Source: Chiloscyllium plagiosum (lineage: Eukaryota). Taken from it: a stretch of 64,000 nt of DNA. Location of the stretch: positions 5,087,643-5,151,642 of the forward strand of contig NC_057755.1 of the NCBI RefSeq assembly GCF_004010195.1, written 5' to 3'. The translations under genes were made by a program, and so were the position numbers. A model generated the notes under the pieces. The model worked only from the letters and a program-made list of their open reading frames with translations, made no database searches and was not told the DNA's origin. Positions 13,246-24,954 of this stretch are shown in pieces (positions within the stretch are counted from its first letter, which is position 1; each line of letters opens with the position of its first letter).

Positions 13246-14057
13246 GCTTCTGGTTTTCGTAGTGAATATGCAGTCTGCTTCGACTGGGAAAGGTTCATCT
13301 GATTACCCTCCCTTCTGGAAACTCTCTTCTCCTCACCCTGTCTGGTCAGGAGAGTTAAATCTTGACAGAATGTCCTCCTGATCGCTGTTCCTCGAAACAT
13401 TTTTCATGTGAAGATGTGTGAAATTCCAATCTAAACATCACAGTCTGACACTCTTACGTTGTTACTAAAGGAGCTCTGTGTGCTCTGATATGCTGTACTT
13501 GCATAAGACACTTGGAGCAGTCTTATCTAAATCCTATGGAGGTTCTGATCGTTCGTTTCCTGCTCCTGTTGTGGCTATGATCAGGATTTGGTCCAATGCT
13601 ACGAGCCGGGGATGACCTGATCCAAGGGGAAAGGGACAGGGTGGTTTATTGACAAACCAATCGCCAGCGCTGTGATTGATTTGGCAACGGGGCTTTTTAA
13701 TTGGGTTCTGTTCTTGCCAAAATCGGAGCTGAGAACTTTAAAAATCGATTACAGGTATTCACACAGATATTTCACCAGTGAACATTGTCAAAAACGTGCT
13801 TCTGCTTTCTTTGGAGGGGCCGTGAGTTCAGGTGGTGTCTCAATGTCTTAAAATTGCACGCTCAGTCCAGAGATTGTGAAATTTGGTTAAAGACTGAACT
13901 CATGGCCCCTCACTCAAAAAAAAAATGACTCAATCCCTCCCAATTCCACTCAAACGATGTACTGATTTTTGTGGTAAAATCTTGTTGCTGCTGTCTGGAA
14001 AAGGCGGGGGGTTCTGATCAGTAATTTACCACGTCATTTGCTATTTGCCTTCTACAG

Positions 14058-14971
14058 TTAATTTGCTGGCAATTGTTATCTTTTCCCGGGGAAAGTGCGG
14101 TGTTTCCCCTTGCACGACACGGTACCTGGTGGTTATGGCAGCTGCCGATCTGATGGTCATCGTCACTGATATTCTGCTGACTAGTTTTCGCTTTTATTAT
14201 TACCCTCAGTCTTTCCTGTCCATCACTCCTGTGTGTAGTGTCATTGGAGCCCTGATACGTGCAGCAAGGGACTGTTCTGTCTGGTTCACGGTCACTTTCT
14301 CCTTTGACCGATTTGTGAACATTTGTTGTCAGAAGCTGAGAACAAAATATTGCACTAAGAAAATGGCGACTGTAGTCCTAGCAACAACCTGCATCCTGCT
14401 CTGTCTGAAAAACATCCCCTTCTACTTTGAATATGAACCTATGATGACAATCAACAATGTGCCATTCTACTGTGATACAAAGTCAAGCTACTTCACTGAG
14501 ACTTGGTGGGTCGCGTTAGATTGGCTTGATACGGTTTTAACCCCTTTACTGCCATTTGCTTTGATTCTTTTGTTCAATGCTTTGACCGTCAGACACATTT
14601 TAGTGACCAGTCGAGTCCGGAAGAAGCTGAAGGGTGAGAGTAAAGGAGGGAATCACAGAGACTCAGAGATGGAGAGCAGAAGGAAGTCTGTAATTTTGCT
14701 CTTTTCCATTTCAGGAAGCTTCATCCTCCTGTGGTTAATCGTTGTCATAGATTTCTTATATTATGCCATTCAAAAAATCCATCCTGATGATTATGCACCT
14801 TTTCTGTACCACTTCAGTATTGTTGGTTTTATGCTGCAGAACCTAAGTTGTTGCACAAACACATTCATTTATGCAGCAACATTGTCTAGATTCAGAGCGA
14901 AGATAGGTAATGCAGTGAAGTACCTGTTTGAAAAAATGCTTGCGCTTTCAATAAATAAAAGCCATTTGTGA
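14058..14971 (+). CDS. GPR139/GPR142-like class A GPCR, copy B, coding exon 2 (intact; spliced product 326 aa)
   Basis: Acceptor TTGCCTTCTACAG|TTAATTTG. Open frame with class A hallmarks: (P)VNLLAIV TM1 Asn, MAAADL TM2 Asp, TM3 Cys and FDRF, ECL2 Cys, LLPF TM5, SGSFILLW TM6, CTNTFIY TM7, helix 8 SRFR. 67+914=981 nt = 327 codons including stop. The subfamily call is by motif resemblance. Confidence 0.9.
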
Positions 14972-15505
14972 AGACAACAAGAGAGTCTTGTGGTTTCCAC
15001 ACCATGCATATCATTTTTAATACTCGCTCGTGGGTTGAGCGCATTGCAGGTTGGCTCAATATTCAATGCCAATGCCTAGATAACGCCGCTGAGAAGTAAT
15101 TGTCTAGCTGCCTTCTTGATCTGCTGCAATTCATGTGCTGTACATAACTTTATATTGCCCTGAGGGAGGGCATTCTTGAATCTTGACCCAACTGCAGTAA
15201 TGGAATGGCAGCATGGTAAGTGGTTTGCCAGCGAAATTGCAGGCAGTGATGTTCCCTTTAACTCCTGCTCTTGTCCTTCTAGATGGAATTGTAATGGGTT
15301 TGCAAGGTACTGTCCGGGGATCTTTGATGATTTTTTTTCAGTAGTCCATGAAGATGGCACATTCTGCTGCCCCTGAGCATCGTTGGGAGAGGGAGAAGAT
15401 GTTTGTCGCTGTGGTATCACTCAAGAGGGGTCTGATTTGTCCTCGAAGGTGTCGAGCTTCTTGAGTGTTGTTGGAGTTGACCCAACAGGGGAAAGTGGGG
15501 AGTAT

Positions 15506-15654
15506 AAAAATGTGTTGCTGAAGGTTCCTGAAGAAGGGCTTATGCCCGAAACGTCGATTCTCCTTCTCCTTGGATGCTGCCTGACCTGCTTCGCTTTTCC
15601 AGCAACACATTTTTAAGCTCTGATCTCCAACATCTGCAGTTCTCACTTTCTCCT
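15506..15654 (+). mobile_element. 149-bp Penelope-type terminal-repeat insertion with minimal hammerhead motif and 14-bp TSD
   Basis: Flanked by AAAGTGGGGAGTAT at 15492-15505 and 15655-15668. The first 15 bp are an inverted copy of 15600-15614. Confidence 0.82.
15524..15560 (+). ncRNA. Minimal type I hammerhead ribozyme motif
   Basis: CTGAAGA-A-GGGC TTAT GCCC-GAAAC-GTC: catalytic core boxes, 4-bp stem II, palindromic ACGT stem III, predicted cleavage after C15555. Stem I is weak in this copy. Confidence 0.65.
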
Positions 15655-16294
15655 AAAGTGGGGAGTATGCCATCATACTCCTCAAATAGAGTACTCAGCC
15701 CAGTGCAGGGACTGAGTTGAACTGGGAACCTGGGAATACCTCATTGAGCATAATCCAAAGGAATTGTCTGGGGAAATGGAATTTTTTCCTGGGTAACTGC
15801 TGTCAGCCTGGAATCCTCTGTAACTCTCTAACAAATCAGATTCTTTGGAGGGTTCTGATGAAATGAAATAGAGATATTCATCCGAAAATGTTTGACGATT
15901 AAATACCTGTTCTCACTGCTCAGTAACAATTCAACAGACTGTTAACGTATGTCACAGACAACCTACTATGAGCAACGTCGACGTGAAAAATTGCATCATG
16001 TGATTACATGACCAACATTAACAAATGGCTGGGCTCTCTACTTGTCAGCAGCAATCTTCCCAATGCTAATGGGCTGCTACTGTAATGCATTCTCATCAGA
16101 CAATTCATGTCAATGAGTGCAGAGCCAGAATGATGCATCAACTTGTCTTGTGTCGAAAATAACACAAGACCACTCTCTGCTGGCTTCTCCACGCCAATGC
16201 ACTTGGGAGTTGTGAAAGGTGAAAACCCTCAGGGATTCAGTCAGTGACGGTGGGAGGGAGGTCATCATCAAAACTGACAGCGTCATCATCAAAC

Positions 16295-16338
16295 ATACAC
16301 ACACACACACACTCACAAATACACACACACACACACAG

Positions 16339-16372
<34 letters not shown>

Positions 16373-16385
16373 ACATTCACAGACA
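16295..16385. repeat. (CA)n microsatellite
   Basis: Near-perfect AC dinucleotide run. Confidence 0.95.
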
Positions 16386-16569
16386 CAAGAACAGATAGGT
16401 CTCCCTCTGCTGTGGACCAAAATGTTACGCACAGATATTCACAGTAAACTTTGTTCCCGTCAGCACCTTGGTGTTGAAACATTGTGATATCTAGTCAGAA
16501 AATGTCACAAGTCTGGAAGTTTTGTCTTCGTTGGATTTACGACATCTTCTTCCATTAATATTGCAGAGA

Positions 16570-16990
16570 GAGTGATAGAGTTTGACACCATGGAAACAGC
16601 CCCTTCGCACCAACCAAATCATGCTGAACAGATATCTTAAATTAATCTAATCCCATTTGCCAGAATATGGCACATATTCCTATAAACCCTTCATATTCAT
16701 ATGCCCATCCAGATTTAAATGTTGCAATTGTTTTCGACTTCCTCTGGCCACTTTGTTGCACACACGTACCACCCATTGTGTGAAAAGAAATCCCCCTCAT
16801 GTCCCGTATAAATCTTTCCTCTCTCAACTTAAACCTATGCCCTCTAATTTTGGGCTCCCAAAACCTAAAGCAAAGACGTTATCTATTCATCCTAAACTTG
16901 TCTCTGTTGATTTTATAAGCTTCTATAAGGTCACCTCTCTCCTCCGATGCTGCAGGGAAAACAGACCCAAACTGTTCAGACTCTTCAGTA
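16570..16990 (-). mobile_element. CR1 LINE 3' fragment
   Basis: Typical CR1 3' end (ggaaacagccccttcg..., aaacctatgccctcta...), shared with other CR1 tails in the window. Confidence 0.7.
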
Positions 16991-17449
16991 AATTTAGTTT
17001 ATACTCGGCAATGATATCGCCGGATCACAGGTGGGGGTGATGCTTACTGTAGTTGAATACCCAGTGAAAAATCAAAGGTTTAACGCAGTATATGAAACAA
17101 TCTACACATATTGCATTTGTCCATATCTCAACTACACCTTGATTCGTGAGTGTTTGATAATCGGTGGAGATATTTTTAACCCAACATTTGCACCGTTTAT
17201 TTGGAGTCACAACAACTGATATTTCTTTCATATTTAATTTTAAGGACGCCGCAGCACCAGATCAATTTTCAAAAGAAGTCAAAAGTAATCAGACATCATT
17301 AGCCTGACAAATGAAGAATTCTGACTACGGAAATGGATACAGATTGTTCTTTCTATAATCTATACAAAGCTAGTTGATCCATCTAGTTTCGGAACTAACG
17401 CTGTTGGTTACGCCCAGCTAAACTGTCTTTGATTGAGTACTGGTCTCTT

Positions 17450-17717
17450 GACCTGTTCTATCTGTTCTAGCCTCCCCACCAATCTATCACAATTACCATG
17501 CACCAGAATCCACCTGTCATCTTGCCACCTACTTTACCCCTAGCCACGCCTCCCTTATTTATCTCTCATTCCACTTTCCACTCTACATTCCTGATGAAGG
17601 GGTAATAGTCGAAACGTCGACTTTCCTGCTCCTTGGACGCTGCGTGACCTGCAGTCCATTTCCAGCGCCACCCTTTTCCACTCTGACTCGCCAGCATCTG
17701 GGTCCTCACTTTCTCCT
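17450..17717 (+). mobile_element. Penelope-type terminal repeat abutting GPCR copy C
   Basis: cattcCTGATGAaggggtaatagtcGAAACGTCga, and terminus gtcctcactttctcct. Confidence 0.75.
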
Positions 17718-18350
17718 CCTTTGATCGATTTGTGACCATTTGTCAGAATCTGAGAACAAATTATTACACTGACAAAACTACAACTGTGGTTCTACCAAAA
17801 ACCTGCACCCGACTCTTCCTGATAAGTATTCTATTTTAATTTGAATTTTCGGTGATCATGAGCAATGTGCCATTCCACTGTCAAGAAAAATCAAGCTGAT
17901 TTATTACGATTTGGTCGGTGACATGAGATTGGCCTGATCCAGTTTTAACCGCTTTACCGCCATTTGCTTTAAATCTGTTGGCCAATGCTCTGACAGTCAG
18001 ACACGTTCGGACGAGGCTGAAGGGTGAAAATAAAGGAGATAATCGCAGAGACCCAGACATGGAGTGCAGAAGGAAGTCAGTGATTATGCTCTTCACTATA
18101 ATTGAGAGGTTCATCCTCCTCTGGTTAAAAGTTGTGACACATTTCTTATTTAATGTCATTTAAGTAATAAATCCTGAAAATTGCCCGCCATTTTTGCACC
18201 AATGCACTGTTATTGGTTTAATGTTGCAGAGGCTATGTTTTTGCACAAATACAATTATTTATGCTGTAACACTGTCGAGGTTCAGAGCGAAGTGCGGTAA
18301 TGCAGTAAAATTCCTGGTTACACAAATTCCTTGTGTTATGAATATATCAA
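17718..18350 (+). pseudogene. GPR139-like GPCR pseudogene, copy C (5'-truncated, starts at the TM3 DRF motif)
   Basis: TTTGATCGATTT (FDRF), then fragments NALTVRH, DPDMECRRKSVI and CTNTIIYAVTLSRFRAK, with stops and frameshifts. The 5' half is replaced by a Penelope-like repeat. Confidence 0.85.
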
Positions 18351-19189
18351 CTTTCTTTGTGAAAGCAAAACCAGTTCATGGAATGACACTTTTCATTCAC
18401 CTGTAGGATGTTGGCATTACTGGCTGTGTCCGCGTTTACCTCCTCGTCTCTCGTTGCCCCTTGACAATGTGGCTATAAGTTGTCTTGCTGAACCGCTGCA
18501 GTCCATGTACAGTACGTAGATCCACAGTTGTATTCGGGAGGCAATTCCAAAATCTTGTTCCAGTGACCATGCAGGAACGGGTATATATTCCCCAAGTCGG
18601 GATGATGAGGTGCTCAGAGGGGAAGTGGTCGTGGATTTTGAAGGTGCTGTCTGAGGATCTTTGGTGAATTTCTGCAGTGCACCTTGTAGAAGTATATACT
18701 GCTGCGACTGAGTCTTAGATTTGAAGATTGTGATTTCTTTGTGGACATGCAGTCAATATAGTGGAACTGTTTTGCCCTGAATGGTGTCGAACTTCTTGAT
18801 TGCTATTGGAGTGGCACCTGTTCAAGTGTGGAGCATTTCATCGCATTCCTGGCAGAGCATCATTATGCCAATGAAAGGAGGGAATTGAGCAGGAAACCTG
18901 CGGATTACCCATCGTAGCATAATCCAAAGTAATTGACCAAGGAAAAGAATTATTCAGTAATTGCTATCAGCTTGGAGCTCTCTGTACATCTTCATCAAAA
19001 CGAAATCCTTAGCAGGGCTCTGATGACATTACCTCGAACAGTTAATCAGAAATTATTTGACTATGATATATATGATCTCACTCCTACGTTAACATTCAAT
19101 AGACGCCGTGTGAATGTCACAAATAGCTAACTATGAGGAGTTCCAGTGTGAGAAGTTGTGACAGGCGATTACATCACGTTATCAGAAAT

Positions 19190-19300
19190 CACACATCCAA
19201 ACATTTACTTATTCAGTAACATTGTCTAGGTGCAGAGTAAATTTCTGTAACGCAATAAATAATCTCATGATATGAATTCCTTACGTTTGATAACAAATAG
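19190..19300 (+). pseudogene. Short remnant of a GPR139-like TM7/helix-8 segment
   Basis: acatttacttattcagtaacattgtctaggtgcagagtaaat aligns by eye to copy B acattcatttatgcagcaacattgtctagattcagagcgaag. Confidence 0.6.
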
Positions 19301-20275
19301 TTGCTGTCCCCAATTTTAAGCATGAGGCTTACAGCTCCCAATGGGCTGCTACTCCAATGGACTCACAAACAGAAACTTTCAACAGGATAAACACACGCAC
19401 ACTTCCATTTCTCTTTATTAATCCTTTTCCATATTCTCTACAAGCTCATAATCATTCTGTATCTCTCTCGCATTTAATCAAACCCTTTGTTCTCTTTTGC
19501 TAAAACATAAACTGCTCCCAATCCTCAAACAGGCTGATCTAATGCAAAGAAGTGTTACAATCTTAAAGTCCTGATCGACGTCCCACAGGTATAAATTCCA
19601 GTTGCGATAATGTCATGCCTCAATTTCCATTCATTCACATTCAACACCACAAGCCAATTCACGGAGAAAGATGCTTGACGTAATCCACAATGTTTCTAAA
19701 ATATGTATGCAATAATTGCCATCATTGGTATTCCTGGTTGGTGACATTAACTTGTTTAGATTTGCAAACTAGTTATTGCTTTTACTGAAACAGAATACCT
19801 ATGAAGGTTTGGCAGCATGTGTGGAAAGAAATCAAACTTTTCCACTGAGTTCTGTCCACAGATGCTGCCAGACTTGCTGAGGTTTTCCAGCCATTTCTGT
19901 GTTACTTCCTCATTTCCTGAATCCCCAGTTCTTTCGGTTTATATTTGTTTGTTGACTTTGTTGTGCGCTTGATAGTCAGTCACATAGTGATCATCATATG
20001 TTCCAGTATCATATTCAGTGATATTCACCATTTTCTCAACAAACAATAAGGATGTTGTTTCACTTAAGTGAAAGATGATTGCTGGTGGTTTAACCTAATG
20101 GTCGCTATGTCTCAAGTGAGAGGAGTGATTGAGCAGGATAGACCTTCATGGTAACCTCAGCCGATGTAAGGAATTAACCTAGATATTTGCTGTCCTTCTG
20201 CATCACACATTAGTCTTTGAGTCAACAGAGTCTACCTGATTACTTTGCATAGCCAAGTATGCGAAATATGTAAAT

Positions 20276-20510
20276 AAAACAGAAAGTGTGGGGAAACTCA
20301 GCTGGTCTGGCAGGGTCAGCGGAGAGAGAAAGAAAGCAGAGTTAATGGTTCCAGTCCAGTGACACTTCTTGAAAATCCTTGTTTGCTTTCTGAACAAGTG
20401 TTACTGGAGTTCAAACGTTAGCTCTCTTTGTCTCCCTTAACAGATATTGCCAAATGTTCTGATTTTCTCACACAGCTTCTGGTTTTGCTTCAAATCTCCA
20501 GCATCTGCAC
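20276..20510. mobile_element. Palindromic interspersed repeat (same family as 13071-13245)
   Basis: Arms ~20276-20375 and ~20388-20490 are imperfect reverse complements. Confidence 0.6.
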
Positions 20511-21029
20511 TTCACTGTTGCATCCTGAATGAATGACCTTTTTAAGATTAGCTTGGCCGTTTTACTCGATTTCATTTCCTGAACGCCAGCCCGTGTGCCT
20601 CATGCACTTGGCCAATTCTCTGATCTTTGATGTCTGTCCGTACTGCGCACTTTTAATTATGATTTCATTTGAAAGAACTGCCCGTGGTAAGGAGGAACCC
20701 AATGCAAAGTAAAATCATACCGTGTGTCGTTTATTTCATGGAGAGGATATTGCACAGATCCTCTACTGCTGTGCAATTTTGTAACGTTAATTCACTAACT
20801 GGATCACTTGACCAATTATACAATAATTAGAAGGATTCGCTGTCCGAATATCATTGTAATCAGTGTCGGTGACTGACTATGGTGATCCAAGGATACGTGC
20901 AACACAATGTAGATGTGATCATGTTAAAGTCAGATTGTATTCGAGTGAATAACAATAGTGAATATTCCACCTTGAAGATCCAGCAGTACTGTGAGCAATA
21001 GTATTAATTGGTTTAGAAATAATCATAGA

Positions 21030-21840
21030 ACCCTGCCAGCCCTGCCCTTCCTTGAACCATGTTTCTGTAATCGCTAAGATGTCCCATTCCCATATCCGCA
21101 GCCATGACCTGAGTTCATCTGTATTATCTGTCAGGCCATTGGGTTTGAAATAATGAATTTTGATTTATCAGTCTTAACTCGTTCTCGGCCTTGCTGTTGC
21201 CTGTGTTGACACTTTGACTTGTTTCTCTTCTCATCTGTACCAGCCTCAGACTTGTCATGTTTCTCGTTATGCCTTTGCTGCCCACCAACACCCCCCACCC
21301 AATTACTAAGTATGAATTCTGCCGAGCAGCTCTCGCAAATCTTCCTGCCAGGATACTGGTTCTCCTCCAAGTCAGTTTCCAACAACGCTTCTTATACAAG
21401 GTCACTTCTGTGCCAGAAGAGATTCCAATGATCCAAAAATGTGTATTTTTCCAGTTGCACCCCCAGTTCTGCAGACAAGCATTCATCTGCTCATTCCTTG
21501 CATTTCCACTTCATTTAGTATGTGGCACAGTGAATAATTCAGTTATTACTACCTTTTAGGCGCTGCTTTTTAACGCCGTGCCTAAATTCATATAAGCTTC
21601 ATTCAGAACATCTCCATTTCTCTGCCTATATTTCAATTTCTCCTGGTAGGCAGCTAAAACCCATCACAGGTTCAGATACCATTGACCGTCTTCAGCTATT
21701 CCACTCATCACATGGCTCTATTTGCTTCGATCCCTTCATTTACTTTTCGCTCTAGAATTGCTCTCTTCTTCATCGGTTCAGCCTCTTACATGGTCAGTGG
21801 TCAACATCTTCTGCTTCTGTTATGCCGAGTATATGGGCTT
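21030..21840 (-). mobile_element. Old CR1 fragment (ORF1 3' part / ORF2 5' part)
   Basis: Resembles the ORF1-ORF2 junction of the other CR1 copies (gtttctgtaatcgct..., ccagttgcacccccag...). Confidence 0.55.
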
Positions 21841-24825
21841 AATCTGGGGATCCTGCAAACTTCCACTATTACCCTGAATGAAGGACATCAGCCTTAGTAA
21901 TCTCGTTATAACTTTTGCCCTGTAGAATTCTGAGACTTATGCATGGTATCTCAGCCACAGATCTCATTTCCAAGGCTAGAACGTACTGAAAAGGAAAATA
22001 AGTACGTCAGAGGCATTGAACTGGCATTGGCAGGTTCTTGTGTATCTGGGCGTGTTCTACACACAAGAGGAGTTTGAAGTTTGGAACTTTCTTCCACAAG
22101 ATCTGAATTTTAATCTGTGTTAGACGTATATTTGTTAAGCAAAGATTTGGACTAAAAGAAGAGAGATGGAACTAGGCCATAGATTAAATATGACGTGATT
22201 GAATCGTAGAACACATTGGAGGAGCTGAATGGCGAACTCCTGTTCATACAGCCCTATAGTCCGTACTCCAGGTTAAAATGTCTTTTGGCACGTCGGTGAA
22301 TCCCACATGAACACCCATCATCTATGAGCTCCTCCACCTGATGTCTCTGCTCGAAGAATTTCTCCATCATTTTGCCCAGAGCTGCAGTATAGTGCCTCCC
22401 ACTAAATTACAGAATAAGTTATCAGTCTACTTGCTGAAGTTTAGATGAATGACGGGGCACTCTCATTGGACCCTGTAAAATTCTGATGCCCCCAGCGACC
22501 AACAAATTGAGATCCAAGAGTCACAATTTAAGAAAATGTGGAGATGATGAGAAATCTCTCCATCTGTTGTTTGAGTTTCTGTGTTCATTTAGACTCCAAC
22601 ATCCCCCTACCCAAGGCAAAAAATACTCATTTTTTAACATCCACTGTTTCTTTAAATCCCTGCATCCTTGGAAGGTTTTTCATTTTGGTCAAAACGCACC
22701 AAACCGAAGCTCTAACTCGGCCTCTCTGCCCAAAGATGTTGTCTACTTCCTCACTATTGTTCAATGATGTGGACAGCAATAATAAAGAGATTGACTTCTG
22801 ATTCTTTATGCAGGGACTGGGGTGAAATTCTTAACCTCAAGCTGGCCACGCCCTGTGGGTGAAAAGTGTTTGTAACTAATGCTTTCAACGTTAAAAGTTT
22901 CCCTTCAGGAAGGCAGGTTGGTTGACAGTTTGCTGAGGATAATCCCATACAAGAATAAGTTTGAGCTGTTCCAAATGCAGCTAATTGAACAACAACCCAG
23001 GAAGAGAAGAATGTACCTCATGGTCATCAGAATTAGACCAAGATTCTTCACCAATCCATCTCTTCCTGTCACACAAGATGTTTTCCAAAACCCTGAAATT
23101 GCCTCCGAATCTATCTGTGTGTCCCATCAACTGCCATTTGCTGTAATTCTTGAGTCTCCAGGAGTTCAATGTGAAAAATCGCTTCCGGGTATAACCTAAT
23201 GTCATTTATGGGTGTTGGTTTAGTTTTGTTGATTGTAGTTTGTGAAGCGGTGTGATGCTAATAGCGTGTGTTCAATTAACATCACTGGCTGCTGTTACTA
23301 TAAAGGACTCTCCTTGTCACTCTCTTCACACACCTGAGGTATCGCAGCCCTGATTATAAATCATCAGACATCTCTCTCAAATGCGGCAGCACGTCCAAAT
23401 GGTCCGGTAAGACTATGGTGACTTGAATGTTATTAACGTAATAATTGTTTCAATTAGGGAAGCATATACATAAAAACTTAGTGTGGGACCTCTTCCATGC
23501 TGACATTCTGCGACTACCTCCCTCTCCCGAATCAGTTCAAAATTGAAACAAAACATATTGAGAAAATTTGAATCATTGGCTGAGATTCCTTAATATCCAA
23601 TGACATTAAGTCTATAGTTATGTGTGCTAAATTCAAATCGTACTCGCCAGGCTCAGCAACTCCAATTATATCGTGACTCGTTTTCTTTATTTTATCTCTG
23701 GCTCTTTCAGTCCATGTCATGGCGATTATAAATCTGTCTCGGGGAAAGCGTGGATTTAGCAAGTGCATCATGTGTTATCTCGTGATGATGGCAGTGGCGG
23801 ATCTACTGCTCATTATCATCGAGGTCATATTGAGGCAAATTAATGCTTTATTATTTCTTTCTTGGACATCAATACCGTATGTAGCATTCTCAGTGTCATC
23901 AGTTGTGCAGCACAGATTGTACCATCAGGTTCACTGTTACTTTCTGTTTTGATAGGTTTGTGGCGATCTGCTGCCCGCAGATGAAAATCCAATATTGCTC
24001 AGGGAAACCCGCAGCTTTACTACTCGCAATGACATTATTTCTACTGTTGTTGAAAAGTATTCCTTTCCAATTTGTATATGAAGCTCATGAAATTACTAGC
24101 AATGTACCATGTTTCAGCTCTGTAAAGCCTAGTTATTGTACTAAGACCTGGTGGATGGCGTTTTCTGGATTAGATAAAATTTTAAATCTTTTGGCACCAT
24201 TGGTGTTAATGATATTGTTGAACGCACTGATACTCAGCCAGATTTTATTGACAAGCCGAGTTCTCAGAGGACTGAGGATTGTCAGCAAAGGCAAGAATCA
24301 GAGTGACCCAGAAATGCAGAGCAGTAGGAAATCCTTGATTTTCCACTTCACTGTTTCTGGAAGCTTCATATTTTTGTGGCTTGTATATGTCCTGTATAGC
24401 TTTAATGTTGTATCTTACTTTGACGACACTTCATTTTACATTTTTGTGCAAGTTGGGTATATGCTACAGAACATCAATCTTTGCACAAATCTTTTTATTT
24501 ACTTTGCAACACTGTCCAGGTTCCGAGAGCAGTTTCAGAGTGCTGTGAACTATCCAATCACAACAATTATTCTATCAATTAATAAGGAAAAAAATATATG
24601 ATCACAGTCTGTTGTGTTTTCCTTACCTTTGAGCTAGTAGGCCCAATATCAATCCGACCTCCTCCACAGGTATCTAGTAGCATCTTTCAAGAAAATAGCT
24701 AAACAAGAGAAATCTAAATGGAGACATGCTGTGAGTCTGAGTGATTCTACTGCATGAATATTGTATTTGCCATAAAAAAATCAATGGCTCCCCGTCAGCA
24801 TTGATTTCCAGATGATCAAAAAGAG

Positions 24826-24954
24826 GTGAAAGTGAGAACTGAATTTGTGGAAGATCAGAGTCGAGAGTGTGGTGCTGGAAAAGCACAGCTGTTAAGGCAG
24901 CATCCGAAGCGCAGGACAGTCGATATTTCGGGCATAAATACCTTCATCAGGAAT
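24826..24954 (-). mobile_element. Penelope-type terminal repeat, degenerate hammerhead
   Basis: Reverse complement reads attcCTGATGAaggtatttatgcccGAAAtatc. Confidence 0.72.

Larger units (their letters stand above)
19671..24601 (+). pseudogene. GPR139-like GPCR pseudogene, copy D (exon 1 19671-19736, exon 2 23711-24601)
   Basis: Exon 1 MLDVIHNVSKI/YAIIAIIGIP ends CCTG|GT and is 66 nt rather than 67 (1-nt deletion). Acceptor gctctttcAG at 23710. Exon 2 is split across three frames (shifts near 23850 and 23910). Retains FDRF, SGSFIFLW and CTNLFIY. Confidence 0.82.

Noticed and set aside
23903..24601. 232-aa ORF as a functional truncated receptor
   Set aside because: It starts at a non-ATG codon inside TM3 after frameshifts. 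It is the 3' part of pseudogene D.
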